From Octopus vulgaris (taxonomy: Eukaryota): 64,000 bases of DNA. The DNA lies in contig OX597833.1 of the NCBI GenBank assembly GCA_951406725.2, positions 22,320,001 through 22,384,000 on the forward strand, read 5' to 3'. The stretch's first letter is position 1, and each line of letters opens with the position of its first letter. Below the pieces are notes generated by a model that made no database searches, had not been told where the DNA came from, and saw only the letters and a list, made by a program, of their open reading frames with translations. The position numbers and the translations under genes were made by a program. Below, in pieces: positions 22,711-36,304 of the stretch.

Positions 22711-25429
22711 TTTTAAAAAAAAATTTAATTTTTAATTAATATAAAAAAAAAGCTTAGAACAAAGTTATATACGATGTTTCTTGCAGTTCAGTTCTTTTAA
22801 TTTTAAATGTAAGTGAATCAAGCTTAATTATAAATACTCATATTTAGAAATATTTCCCTGTTTGTGTGGTGGGAGTGTGTGGGAGCAGACACATGCCCTA
22901 GAAGTTTTGTTTGGTGACTTTACTAAGTCCATTTACTTACACGTAAGCAGAGTGTTCCTTTTGTGCCCCCACCCCTCTCTCATTCCCATTATAAAGTTAT
23001 TTCTGTTACACTCCTTCTTTTTTAGTATATGCATGTGTTTCTCAGCTGAATATCTAATTTTTTTTTCCTATTCTAATATTTTCTTGGAACTTGACACAAT
23101 TATTTCATGTTCTGAAAACACCTGCAAACTGGTTCTGGTGGTTTTTAGTTAAGATGTATCGAACGTGTCACATGATTGTTTCATCTTGTTTCAGACACAA
23201 TTAGCCTTTTCTTTGACAACACGATGGCGATAGTCCCGTTATATTACAATTAAAGTGATATAGCATGGATATATCAGGATTTGTTACGGGAAAACGTATT
23301 TAATTTCAGTTACATATTGGATTGAAATAACTGAGAAGACGGCCATATGGTTGTTTTATTGTTGATACAGGACAGACCTCGATTAGTTTCATATTTTAGT
23401 TTTAAACGATAACTGTCTTAGATTTTTAAAACATATTTCCATCGCTGTTTGAGACGAATAAGTTGGTTTGCTTCTGTATGAACTCAGATTTATAGAAAAT
23501 ACAAAGCAATTTTTCGCTTTTAGGAAAGTCTTAAGCAACGAATATTTTCAATAATGAAAGTAAGATTGTGTTCTGCAGGGAACCAGCATCCTGGGTAACG
23601 TTCTCAAATATTCTGTGATTACATTAATAATTGTGAACAAAACATAGTTATCAACTAGCTAAAGGAAATACACATTTCTTCATCGCCTTTGATTAAGCTT
23701 TGGTGAGGATATGAAGCTCACAGAGGATCCACGAATCTCAGAGATGCATAATTTTTTTTAGAATAGCAGTTCCTTTTATCATTGGTAATAAACAAGCACC
23801 TTTCCTGTTTTTTATACCCATTTTGACATGGTATAAACACTTTCATGGCGACTCGGAAGCGAAAAGTGCCCATTATTCCATATCTTTAAATTTTTCCTTT
23901 CTTTATATTAAAAAAAACTGTATGGAATAGGATTTAATAGAGATTTAACAGCTATTTCTAGCAGCCCGGACAGCCACGTACAGTCTCTCTCCAGCTGTGA
24001 AAAACATAAACCACTCCACGTTTTCTATATGCAAATTAATATTTTCTTCTGCATGTGGTGGCCCAATTTTGGTGAACTTTGTAGTCAATCTACAATATTT
24101 GGTTTGTTTATTTTTAGCAATTTGTTTTTCTTTTAAGTGTACAACATTTATCTGGATTATCCAAATATCAAATTTCAAAAGAAATTATAAGATATTTGTT
24201 TACTTCGTTTTTGGTCATATCTGCTCCGTGTATAGACACCATGTCTAACAGTATTTTTGTGGATAGGCGAAGTGAGATCAGCTGAGCTAGATATTGGAAT
24301 TTCATCAGGTGCTGAGTGCCCTCTTAGAAATACACCTTATTAATTCCACTATTGCTAAATCCCAACACAGGACTGAAACTAGTCCAACCAATCCCTCTTT
24401 TTCTAACCACAAAACTATCATACATACAGACAAGGTATTTAAATCTGTCTGTACATAAAAATCTGCATTTATATTCTATTATACCATTTAGCATTGAAAT
24501 ATAATAGAAAATAAGAGTACTGACAGTACTCTAGCATGGCCACAGTTTTAGAGCTGAATCACATAAAAGAATAAAGAGAAAAAACATTACAAAATCTGTA
24601 TATTTAGAGGTGGAAGTAACAAAAGTCATATACTTTTCAGTATTTTGTAAGATTTCTGGATAGTCTTTATAAAATAATTTTCTTACATGAACACCCACAA
24701 CACTTTAATTATATAATAAAGAACAACTATGCTGGTATGGGTAAGGTACAGTAAGGTACAAAATTCTTACATTCTCTTGATTGTTTCATTTTGTCATTTT
24801 ATTTCCATGACTATATTATCCTTCTCTCCTTCTCTTTGTAAGATGATAGCTTCCTGAGCAGATATATTAGTCTTATACAACATTAAACCTAAAGTTAAGT
24901 TAGAGCAGCATGGAAAATAATATGGGTTTCAAATTTTAGTACAAGGCCAGTAATTTGTGGGGAGGGAGTAAGTTGATTACCTCAACCCCAGTGCTCAACT
25001 GGTGTTTATTTTATTGACCCTGAAAGGATGAAAAGCAAAGTTGAAAATGATATTGCAAATAATAATGGTTTCAAATTTTGGGCACCAGGCCAGCTATTTC
25101 GGGGTAGGGGTAAAGTTGATTACATCAACCCCTGTGTTCAACTGATAATTATTTTATCAACCCTGTAAGGATGAAAGGCAAAGTTGACCTCAGCGGAATT
25201 TGAACTCAGAACATAAAGACAGACAAAATGACACTAAGCACCTTATTTGGCATGCTAACAATTCTACCAGCTTACCACCTAATATTGCAAATAATAATGA
25301 CATAAGAATAGTGTAAATTTCATGTCCTTCTTATAGTTGAGGTTTTTCTAACTCCCAGAAAGAAAATCATGGCAATGCTCTTCATTGTATAAAAGCTAAT
25401 GTTCATATGACTCTTTGATCCACCTGCTG

Positions 25430-25842
25430 TGCTTACCTTGGATCGTAGGGTGACCTGCTGTGCTTGAGGAGACCTATTGAGTCAAGTACATCAAAATAAA
25501 AATCAAATGGAAACTGTAGTTGTGATACCCGTGCCGGTGGCATGTAAAAGGCACCATCCGAATGTGGCCATTGCCAGCACCGCCTTGACTGGCATCCGTG
25601 CCGGTGGCATGTAAAAAGCACCAACCGATCGTGGCTGTTGCCAGCCTCCTCTGGCCCCTGTGCCAATGACACATAAAAAGCACCCATTACACTCACAGAA
25701 TGGTTGGTGTTAGGAAGGGCATCCAGCTGTAGAAACACTGCCAGATCAGACTGGAGCTTGATGTAGCCTCCTGGCTTCTCAGACCCTGGTCGAACTGTCC
25801 AACCCATGCTAGCATGGAAAACGGACGTTAAACGATGATGAT

Positions 25843-25845
<3 letters not shown>
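25430..25845 (+). mobile_element. 5'-truncated RTE 3'-UTR family (also 26330-26590, 38310-38460, 45548-45860 -, 47095-47460 -, 54330-54627, 58706-58900, 62090-62400)
   Basis: Shared GTGGTTGGCGTTAGGAAGGGCATCCAGCTGTAGAAAC...CCAACCCATGCTAGCATGGAAAACGGACGTTAAACGATGATGAT. Confidence 0.8.
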
Positions 25846-25882
<37 letters not shown>

Positions 25883-27089
25883 TACATATATACAATATGG
25901 AGCTACAATAGATGGCATGAGGTTCTCTGGGTATCCCTGTTGTTAAGTGGGGACAGGTAAAATTTGTGGAGGATGTGTGTCTTATGGCAGTTGATGCTGT
26001 GTTAGTTGGATAACTGAAAGCTGAAGGATGCTCAAATAGATAAGCTCCTTTTGCTGACAAATTTTTCATGCTAATTTTCTTCATAAAGATTGAACTCTAT
26101 ATTGAATAATTTTTTCTTTTCTTTTCTTTTTTTATATAAAATATGTGCAAAATATACAGTAGTAGTCACCTATTGTGATCACTTTATGACAGTCTTTTAT
26201 TATCAATGATTAGCTTACATTAAGTAAAAGATATAACAATCTCTTTCCCTGAACGACTTAAGTAACCATGTATCTCCTCTAAAGCAAAACACCTGTTTTT
26301 GTCTCTATCATAGTTTAACTTCTTATCTCCTAGCATGAAGCCACCTCCTTCCATACAACTCCCCCTCTCAGTTGAGGGATCTTTGTCTTGCAAGTTATTT
26401 GGTCATCTTGCCAGTGCTGGTGCCATGCAAAAAGTGTCCTGTACATTCTGTAAAGTGGTTGGCATTGGGGAGAGCATCCAGCTATAGAAACCATGCCAAC
26501 ACAGACAGTAGAGCTTGGTGCAATCCTTTGGCTTGCCACTTCTTGTCAAACTGTCCATGCCAGCATGGAAGGAGGATGTTAAATGATGAGAATGAAGAGA
26601 AGTATTAAGCCTCACTAATTTTTGATGATTATTATTGTGTTTTTATAATACAATATACTTCCAGTATATCTGAGTGTATCAATTAAGTCACTTCAGTTGT
26701 TTTGTTGCTCTGGGTCAGCTTTAACCAAACAAACCTATCACATGCAAGTAGTAAGCCAAATGACTAGGCACACTTCACAGATCTGTTATACTAAACATAC
26801 CATGTCCTTGCCCCAGCTAAACATGCAGTGATTGTTGGTCTGTATTGGGCTCAGTGTGACCATGTTATATTCTCTTTCTTACGTACATTTTTACACACAC
26901 ACACACACCCAAGGACACCTGCAATTAGTTGGGCTGTTATAAGGTATAATAGGAATTTAGGTTATATTTTAAGGAGACTACTTGACTTAATCAGACCAGA
27001 AGAACAAGCAGCCAGACAATAAAAATTATGGATCATCACTCATGGTTTTTACTAAAACTAGTTGTTAAGTTCTATAACTTAGCAGCATA

Positions 27090-27712
27090 ATTAGTGCTAG
27101 GAGTGGCCAGCAATGGAGTGAAGTAGGTGGAAGAGATTTAGGAAACTGGTTAGTAAAAAGAGATACGTGGTGAAGAGTGAAGTCATATGCAGTGTTCTTC
27201 TGAAATGTGTTGTATGATAATGGAAGATGAACAATGAAAATAGTATTTGATGTAACTAGAGTGGAGAATTAAGAATTAAGGAGAAAGTGGCTATTATTAG
27301 AAACATTTATGTGATGCATATAGACGAGGACAGCTTAGTAAAGAAGTGGTGATCTCTAACTGCAGAGGGAACCTGTGGGTGGAAGAATGAGGCAGTGAAA
27401 TATGATCTTCGGATGTTGAGTTTCACAGAGGTGATAAGACTTACTGTGCTTAGGACACATCAAGTTAAGTGAAATCACAGTCATGACCAGTGCCAGTGAA
27501 ATGTGAAATCACCTGTGCCAGTGACATGTGAGAGACACTAATGCCAGTGACATGTGGGAGGTACCCATGCTAGTGACACATAAAAGGCACCTGTGTCAGT
27601 GGCACATAAGACACCCTGTGGAATGGTTGGCATTAGGAAGGGCTTGCCAGCTCCAGTCAAAGCATCTTACCCATACCAGCATGGAAAACGGACACTAAAT
27701 GATGATGATGAT
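27090..27712 (+). mobile_element. Degraded RTE LINE 3' end with (GAT)n tail
   Basis: Homologous to 55690-56290; ends CCAGCATGGAAAACGGACACTAAATGATGATGAT. Confidence 0.65.
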
Positions 27713-30700
27713 TTACTTTAATGTATGTGAGAGAGAACTGCAAGTGTTTGGCCATGTAATTCTCCTTATCAAGTCTAGTTTAAATTCTGGTAAATTTTGT
27801 TGAACCAAAGCTCAAAAACATTTCTTTGATTCTTCATTGTACTTTATGAGATACATGCATGTTTCTTGCATTAGTGAATATCTCCACATGTTTTGAAAAA
27901 AAAAACGTTTTTCATCTGTTGTACCCTTGACCTTCTTCAAATTGTATTTAGTAATGTTCTCAGAATTTGGAACCCTTTGTTAAATCTATGTGAACAGATT
28001 GTTCTCAATTTGTTGTCTATACTAAGGATATTCACCTTATTAGTTATTCTATAAAGCTTGACTGACCCACTAGCTAAGTATATATAGTTTGACTGATCCA
28101 CTAACTAAACGACTACACTTGACATGTAACACTATATTTACTCAAGTAACACTATTTTATACTTGATTTTAACTGCAAAAACTGGGGTGCAGCTTATACA
28201 CAGGGCAAAGCTAAAACAATGAAGGGGAAAAAATTTTGTACCAAGATTTAAAATTAGAGTTGTGACTTATACATGAGTAGATATGGTTATTATTGCTGAG
28301 ATAGTGAATATAAGAATTAAGTGTAATAGTTTAGCTGGTGAATATGAGTTCAGTCTCTCGGTTAGTCAATCTACAGACATTGAGGTTCAGACAAAATACT
28401 ACAGGCTGTATCACAAGTACTAGAATAATACAGAGAATATCCCTACTGTTGACAATGAAATGAGTACAATCTATTCTTGTGGATTTAAGAAATGGTTTCT
28501 TCCAAATTCTGAGAATATTACCAAACTCAGTACAAAGAAGTCCAAAAGGTATAACAGCCAGAACATGATGCTAACAACCAAGATGAAGATGTTAGACCAA
28601 ATAAATCAGTGTAATGATATTTCCTTATCTCAGAAATTTAGACAAAATTTGTAAAAACATCTATGTGTATATAAATATTAACCAACTAAAATTTGTTTTC
28701 TATAAGATACAAGATGATGATTTATTTTCAAATGCAGAAATGTCGTCAGAACTGCTGTTCTAAAAGTGTTTCTGCATTTGAAAATAAATTATTATCTTAT
28801 TTGTATCTTGTGAAAACATGTTAGTATTTCAGAAGTGTATATACCAAGCAAATATGATTTGATCTGAGATTGTGTGTTGAAACTAAAACAATTATAATAT
28901 GAAAAATACATATTAGCCATTTGAAAACAAAAGCTGTTAACTAAACTTAAACGTTATTAATTTGATGTCAACATTTTTGTTGCACAACTGCAGCTTGGTC
29001 ACTGATGCAGTTCCACTGAATCTATCAATATGCCAGTGTGTAAAATCTTTCTCCCTACATAGGTATGTTCTGAAATTCTGTAGGTAAATGGCAAAGTACA
29101 GCCCTAATTTATATACTGGTATAGTTCTTCAGTGGCTTTCTCTCCTCCTCCTCTTATTCCTAATGGACTTTGTATTGCACCAATCTACATACAACAATAC
29201 AATAACTCCCTGTGTGATGTTGAACAATGTTATTTTACATCTAGCGATACAAAAGGCTAAAATCCAAGGAAATGAGTGATTGTATGAACAAAAAACAGTT
29301 GTGTTTAATATAATAATAGTTTCTCAGACTATTAATGCCAGTGTTAGAAATGAAACTTATTTTTATTTGCCTCTTCACTGTATTTCAATCATGAATTACT
29401 GATGTAAATATTAAAATGTCTTCATCTCTTAAAGTTGAAGTTAATGATGCAAAATGTATAAATAGTTTGAACAATAACTCATCTCAGGAATGACATTTAA
29501 TGCATATAATCAAGAAAATAACTGTACCAATCTTAGTTTATTTTACAAATTTAATGTCTGTTTTGCTGACCCATCTGCTCATGGTCTGAAGGGAAATAGA
29601 TAAGATAAACCTAAGGCCTAGCATGCATGTATCATACCATTTATCTATATAATGAATAAATTGTATTTATAGAGTCTTTACAAGTTAATTAGCTCTTCTG
29701 TAATCTAATATTTCTTTCAGATGTGAAACATAAAACTTTTGACTAACAAGCTACTGTTTGGAAGTCAGTGTATGTGTTTCAGAGTGTTAAATTATATATA
29801 AAGCACCTCCCTATTGGGTTTCTATAATAGAAAGGGTTAAATTTAGAACCCTTCTTCCAGGAATAGCTTCAGTGAATGATATTGTAAAGCTTCCAGTACA
29901 AGTATAGCTCTAAGGCATTTGGCAGAGTGTATACAACATCTTGTCAGTAGAATAAACAGTGACTTTTTTTCTTTTTCTTTTTTTTTTTCTTCCATGGCTA
30001 GCAATATGAAAGCTAAATTTAACCATTGGTATCAGTACAGCCACAAGTGCTAATTTATTGTATAAAGCTTTTGGAAGAAGAATATTTGAAAATTAGGAAT
30101 AAATTGCATATAGAAACAGTAATACTTTTGTACCAATCTGTAGATTAAGACTGGGAATTCAGTTTCTAATCTTGGTGCAAGGTCAGAAATTAGAGGAAAG
30201 GTTGCACAGATTTATCATCCTTGGTGAAAATCTAATTATAATGAAGAAACTTCTTTGGAAACTGCATTATCTTTTAACTTGTTTCAGTCATTAGACTGCA
30301 GCTGTCCTGGAATATTGCCTTGAAGGGTTTTACTTAAACAAATCAACCCTAGTACTTTTTTCCTGTTTTGTTAAGCCTGGTACTTTAATTTATCAATCTC
30401 TAAGTTATGGGGACATAAACAAACCAACACCAGTTGTCAAAGACGCACATATTTTATATGATGGGCTTCTTTCAGTTTCCATCACAAAGCTTTGATTGAC
30501 CCAGGGCTATAGTAGCAGATACTTACTCAAAATGCCATGCAGTAGGACTGAACCCAAAACCATGTGGTTGGGAAGCAAGCTTCTTGCCACACTTGCACCT
30601 ATATCAGTTTTTCAATTTTACTTTCACCCTCACCAGATTTAGTGTAAGGTCTCACTTCCTAATACCTATAAAGCAAAATTAAATTTGTCTTTATTTTTGA

Positions 30701-31053
30701 AATTATCAGTTTTTTGTCCATAGATATCATCAATCCACATAATTTATAAATTTCTTGTCAGTGGATTTGATATAAAGACACTAAAAAAATCCCACTATAT
30801 GTACATGTGTGTGTGTGCTTGTGTTTCCTTGTCTTTACATCGTGTGATAGCTGTAAATGAGTGACACTATCATACAAGCAGCCATTCATTTCAAATATTC
30901 TGCCACAGCATTATCTTGCTTGGAAACAGATGAAAGGTGACAACAGGGAGGGCATCTGGGTGTTGAGAATTACTCCAATAAACTCTGATTCATGTAAGTA
31001 TGGAAAAGTGAGCATTATGACACACGCACACACACACATGCATTATATAAATA

Positions 31054-32092
31054 TCAAGTCATTAAGACTGAAAGGTCCGATTTTCTTATGCACCAAGTTT
31101 GACAGTCGTTAACTCTAATGTTTTAACCTGACAATTCTTTGTTTTACAATGCTGAAGGGTTACATCATCATTTTTCGAAATGCAATTAATTGTGTCTGAT
31201 TATATTGTGAGTTTTCTTTTGTAAATCAATTTTTGTGAATCCATGGATAAATCAAAAATTTGTATTGCTTATGAATATGAGTTCCATCATGGAACCAATG
31301 CATCCCAGACAGCTCGAAACATCAATGAGGTGTTTGGCAGAGATGTGAATAAGTGCACTGTATGTCGATGGTTTGAGAAGTTCCAGTCTGGTGTCTTTAC
31401 TCTTGAAAATCAGCCCCGTGGTAGATGTGAGACCAAGGTGGATAATGATGAGCTGGAAACTGTAGTGGAAGTGGATACATCTCAAACTATGCGTGAGTTA
31501 GCAGCAAGGTGTGATGTTTCGATTCCAACTGTATTGGACCATCTGAAAGAAATCGTTATGATAAAGAAGCTGGACAGTACCACACAAACTGAATGAGCAT
31601 CAAATGACATGTTATCTTGAAACTTACTATTTCACATCATATTGTTACATGTGATGAATATTGGATTCTTTTCAACAATGGCAAGCGTTCTGCATAGTGT
31701 TTGAATAGACAAGTTGCCAAAACACAATCCAAAGAAAGCCAGTGATGTCCATTTGGTGGTCCAGCAGATGTATAGATCAACCAGTTGGATGAAATGATGA
31801 GTGAACCTGTAATTAAACAACCAAGATTGGTTAATAGAGACAGGCCAATTCTCTTGTAAGATAATGCTTGACCATTTGTTGCACAAAGAACGCTACTCAA
31901 ATTACTGAAACTGAACTTGGAAGTACTCTGTCATCCTCCATATTCACCAGACCTTTCATCAACTGACTGTCACATTTTTCAGGCAAAATTGTGTTGATAA
32001 TTTAGGTGTATACTTTGATTAACTGCATTGCTTTTTGTTGAGATAAAGTAAAATAAACTTTCGGTTCAGAAATTTCATTCTTAATGACCTGA
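31054..32092 (+). mobile_element. Mariner (DD34D) transposon, internally deleted and disrupted
   Basis: TIRs TCAAGTCATTAAGACTGAAA / TTTCATTCTTAATGACCTGA flanked by TA. ORF 31243-31596 encodes a mariner N-terminal HTH; downstream frames show IVTCDE, PILL*DNA and HPPYSPDLSSTD. Confidence 0.92.
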
Positions 32093-32119
32093 TATAGATA
32101 TATATATATATATATAGAT

Positions 32120-32153
<34 letters not shown>

Positions 32154-35100
32154 CCAGTTATTGGACTGCAGCCATGCTGGGATATCATCTTGAAGGGTTT
32201 AATTGATCAAATGATCCCAGTACTTATTTTTTTTTAAGCCGAATACGTATTCCATCAATCTCTTTTTGCTGAACCACTTAGTTGCAGGAACAAAGTTAAA
32301 CACTCACAAACATATATATATATATATACATACACATACATATTTTACAAACAAGTAAATTTTTTATGCAACAGTACTATGAAAACAGCAGAAAGATTGG
32401 ATATTTTATACCCTTTTAAGACAGAAAAACTTGCTAGCAAGCTGTCTTATAACGGTAAAATACCCAGTCTTTCTGCTGTTTTCACAGTTTTACTGTATTC
32501 AAAATTTACTTTCCTGTCTGTAAAATACCAAACACACTTGATGCTTCCAAAGTTTGTTAATGTGTGTATGTGTGTATTTTATTTGACTGGTAGACAGATA
32601 ATTCTGTGTTTGCCATTTTTGTGGTAGCTAGTCACATACTCTTCTTTACCGATCTAGGTCACACATTTGTTATTGTACTAATGTCCTTCCATACATAGTT
32701 GTTTTTTTTTATATGGGTTAGGTTACCTAGTTTCTCTATTCCTAATTAGTTTTAAATAGACACTGGAAACAGCCCAGCTAGTAAAATATCATTCCCAGTC
32801 AGTATCAGCATCATTTTAATTTTCCCTTTTCCATGCTGGCATTGGTTGGACAGAATTTTGTTGAGCTGGATTTTTCTATAGCTGGAAGCCCCATCCTGTT
32901 ACCAACCCGCACCTGCTTCCAAGTAAGCTAATATTTCCCCATGACCATAAAAGATGAATGAAGGGCACCACTTGGCATGATGGTAACATTTGTTCACAAC
33001 TATCACATGACATCAAGACAAAGAGATAATAACACCACACACATATGCAACAGGCTTTGGTCGGCCTGGGGTTATAGCCCAAGGTACCACGCAGTCAGAT
33101 TGAACCCAGAAGCATGTGGTTGGGAAGCAAGCTTCTTACCACACAGCCATACCTGTGCCAATGATGTGAAAATGTATGAGACTGTAATGTTCACATACAA
33201 CTATTATATGTAATAATTCAATGAAGGAGTTGAGAAATGAAGTGATTTATCAGCTGATATAATGGGTGGTATGTCTCCATCTCTCTCTCTCTCTCGTCCC
33301 ACCCCCCTCAAACATGCACATCAAAGGTAATTGGCTGCTTTGATGCTTTCACTATGTATTTCACTAAAGCAGTACTTGACAGCTGCTTTAGTTAGTTGAC
33401 TACCAAGCAGAAATGAACAGTCTATGTTTAACCATCCGTGTATAAATTGCATATGGCTACCTATATAATTCTACATGTATTTTGCTATTTATTAAATGAT
33501 ATAGAGGTTCATCATCATTATTTTATGCCTGCTTTCCAAGCCAACATGGTTTGGGTTAGTTAGGCTTTTTTTAATTTTTGTTTTGGTCTGCAGCTAGATG
33601 TCTTTTCTAACTCCAACCATTTAACAGTACTGAGTGCATTTTATTGTTGCACCAGCACAAGAGAGGTTGTCATGTCTTCAACAAGTCTGAAGAGCTCTCT
33701 CAACTCTACAATGTGTATTTTATTCAATTAATCTCTTTAACCAGTCCAAAGCATTTCCATAAGTTTAACCAAAATGTCCATTCAGGCTTTTAGTTGGCCC
33801 TTGTTTCATATGTTCTGAGTTATTTAAAGCTTCCTTTCATAAACTCTGAGTTACTCTGGCAGTTGGTTGAAATAAAAATTGGGAGCATCATATTGATGCA
33901 TAGATACCAGTGAAATATATCCTATCACGTGTGATACACAGTGAAATATTTCCTGTGTATCACATGTGATACGCATAACAGACAAAGGGGTAGTTATACT
34001 TTGCCACAGATAATTGTCTGCAAAACTGAATACTTATTATCTGTGGATTTTTCCACAGGTGCCTGCTTGCTTTCTTATGATTTAAAAATTTACTGGGCAA
34101 GAGTATAGTCACATACATTACCTTCAGCATATTACTACTACTTAGTTTATTTGACTCTAACCATATTCAAATTCTGAACATATTGGGATAAAACTAATCA
34201 TACTTATAGTGTATGATCTGTTTCTCTTCCATTTCCACCTTTATTTCCTTTCTGTGCTGCACTGCACATTATTCCATTCTTGGATGGCTCCGGAACCACT
34301 TCAGTTTTTTTTTGTTTTTTTTTTCAAGAAAAGAGGTTGCTAGTTCCTCCTCACTTAATCATGACCCTTCTCATGACATGACACAACTGGTTCCAAGAGA
34401 GAACAAGAAGAAAAAAAATCCTAATATTTGACTCATACTTTATCTATCAACCCAGGAAGAATAAAAGGCAAAGTTGACCTGATATTTGAACTCAAAATGC
34501 AGGGAGCGAGAACAAAAGCCACATTGTATTCTACTTAGTACTCTAACAACTCTGCCAATATGCTTCCTTACCATTCATACCACCACTTTTTTGTAATGGT
34601 GAACTTTATAACATGTTATTGCAACTGTGATAAATATTGCATCAGCATTTTTTTCTTTTCTTTCTTTCCTCATTTTACATTAGTTTTATCTTCAATCTTC
34701 ACTGCTTGTTAACCACCCACTCATTTATTTATCTATTTTTACTTCATTTTGATCTTAAATAATAATTTAGTCACAGATCTTTATTGGTGTTCTTATTATT
34801 CTAACCCAGTGTAAGGTAGCAAGCTAGTAAATTTGTTAACATGCCAGTTGAAATGCTTGGCATTTCTTTCGACTTTACATTCTGAGTTCAAATTCCACCA
34901 AGGTTGATTTTGCCGTTTATCTTTTCTGGGTCAGTAAACACTTAGGTTGATGTAATTGGCTAGCCCTATGACCAACATTTCAGGCCTTGTATTTCAGCCA
35001 AGTGTTTCTCAACCGTTTTTGTTCTATGCCTCACTTCGGTTTTCCAAAATAATGTGTGCCCCACCATGATATATGTATATATAATATCCTCTACTTGTTT

Positions 35101-36304
35101 CAGACATTGGATTGCAGATATGTTATGGTATCACTTTGTAGTGTTTAGTTGAACAAATCAACCCCAGTACTTATATTTTTCAATCTGATACTTATTCTTT
35201 CAGCTTCTTTTTGTCAAATCTCTAAGTTATGAGAATGCAAACAAACCACTACCAGTCATCAAGTGGTGGTGGACAAATGCACACATGAGCTCCCATGCAG
35301 TTTCCATTTACTAAATTCACTTACAAGGCTATAGTAGAAGACACTTGCCTAATATGCTGTGCTGTGGGATTGAACTCAAAGCTATATGCTTGTAAAGTGA
35401 GCTTCTTAGCCAGAGCCATACCTACACTTGTATTCAAAAGATGCTTTAATTAAAACTTTATTGCAAGTTTTATTCACTTGTTATTTACTTTCCATTCTGA
35501 AGTCTGTGGTTTCAGTTCTTTTTTTGTAGAACCATTTTCTGTGCTTAAGTAAGCTAAGGCAAGAACCACCACATGGTTGCTTCTCTTCCATTTTAACATG
35601 ATGCAACTTGTCTTATTAAAAATAGAAGCAACCACTCTCATTCTATGATTATGAAGGGCATCCATCTGTGAAGATAATTTATTGGTTTCACATTTTGGTG
35701 CAAAGCCAGTAAGTTCAGAGAAGAGTGTAAATTGATCCTATCAACCCCAGTGTTCAATAGGTACTTATTTTATCGACCCTGAAAGGATAAAAGGCAAAGT
35801 CAGCCTCAGCAGAATTTGATCTCAGAACGTAAAGTCAGGTGAAATACCACTAAACATTTTGCCCAACATGCTAACAATTCTGCCAGCTCGCCACCTTATC
35901 TGTGAAGATAATTTATTTAAAAAATTACTGTACAAATATCAAAATTAGCAGAACTATTCCACATATATTATTATGGAAAAACAGATGTAAATTTACTTAA
36001 ATATTCTCTTCCAGTGACCCATGATTCAATTTTTAATTTATGGCTCTGTTATTTTCCAGCTCATAACACATATAATAAAGGGGCTCCTTTATGGTTATTC
36101 TGCCTGCTAGTAATAACAGCCAAAACTTCCCAACAACCTAAAAGATACATTGGAGAGTATCATTCCTAATGTACAAAAAGCAAAAAAAAACTGGAAAACT
36201 TTTGACCATAGACCTGCTCAATCAGAGCTTAGGTTGAGCTGTACAAGTACTTGAATTTGTTTCTTATTGCTGCACTAGACTGCATGTCTCTCAAACCTTG
36301 TCAT

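Noticed and set aside
25433-25918. 161-aa ORF and similar FLQLDALP-containing ORFs
   Set aside because: Antisense readings of the repeated RTE 3' UTR family.
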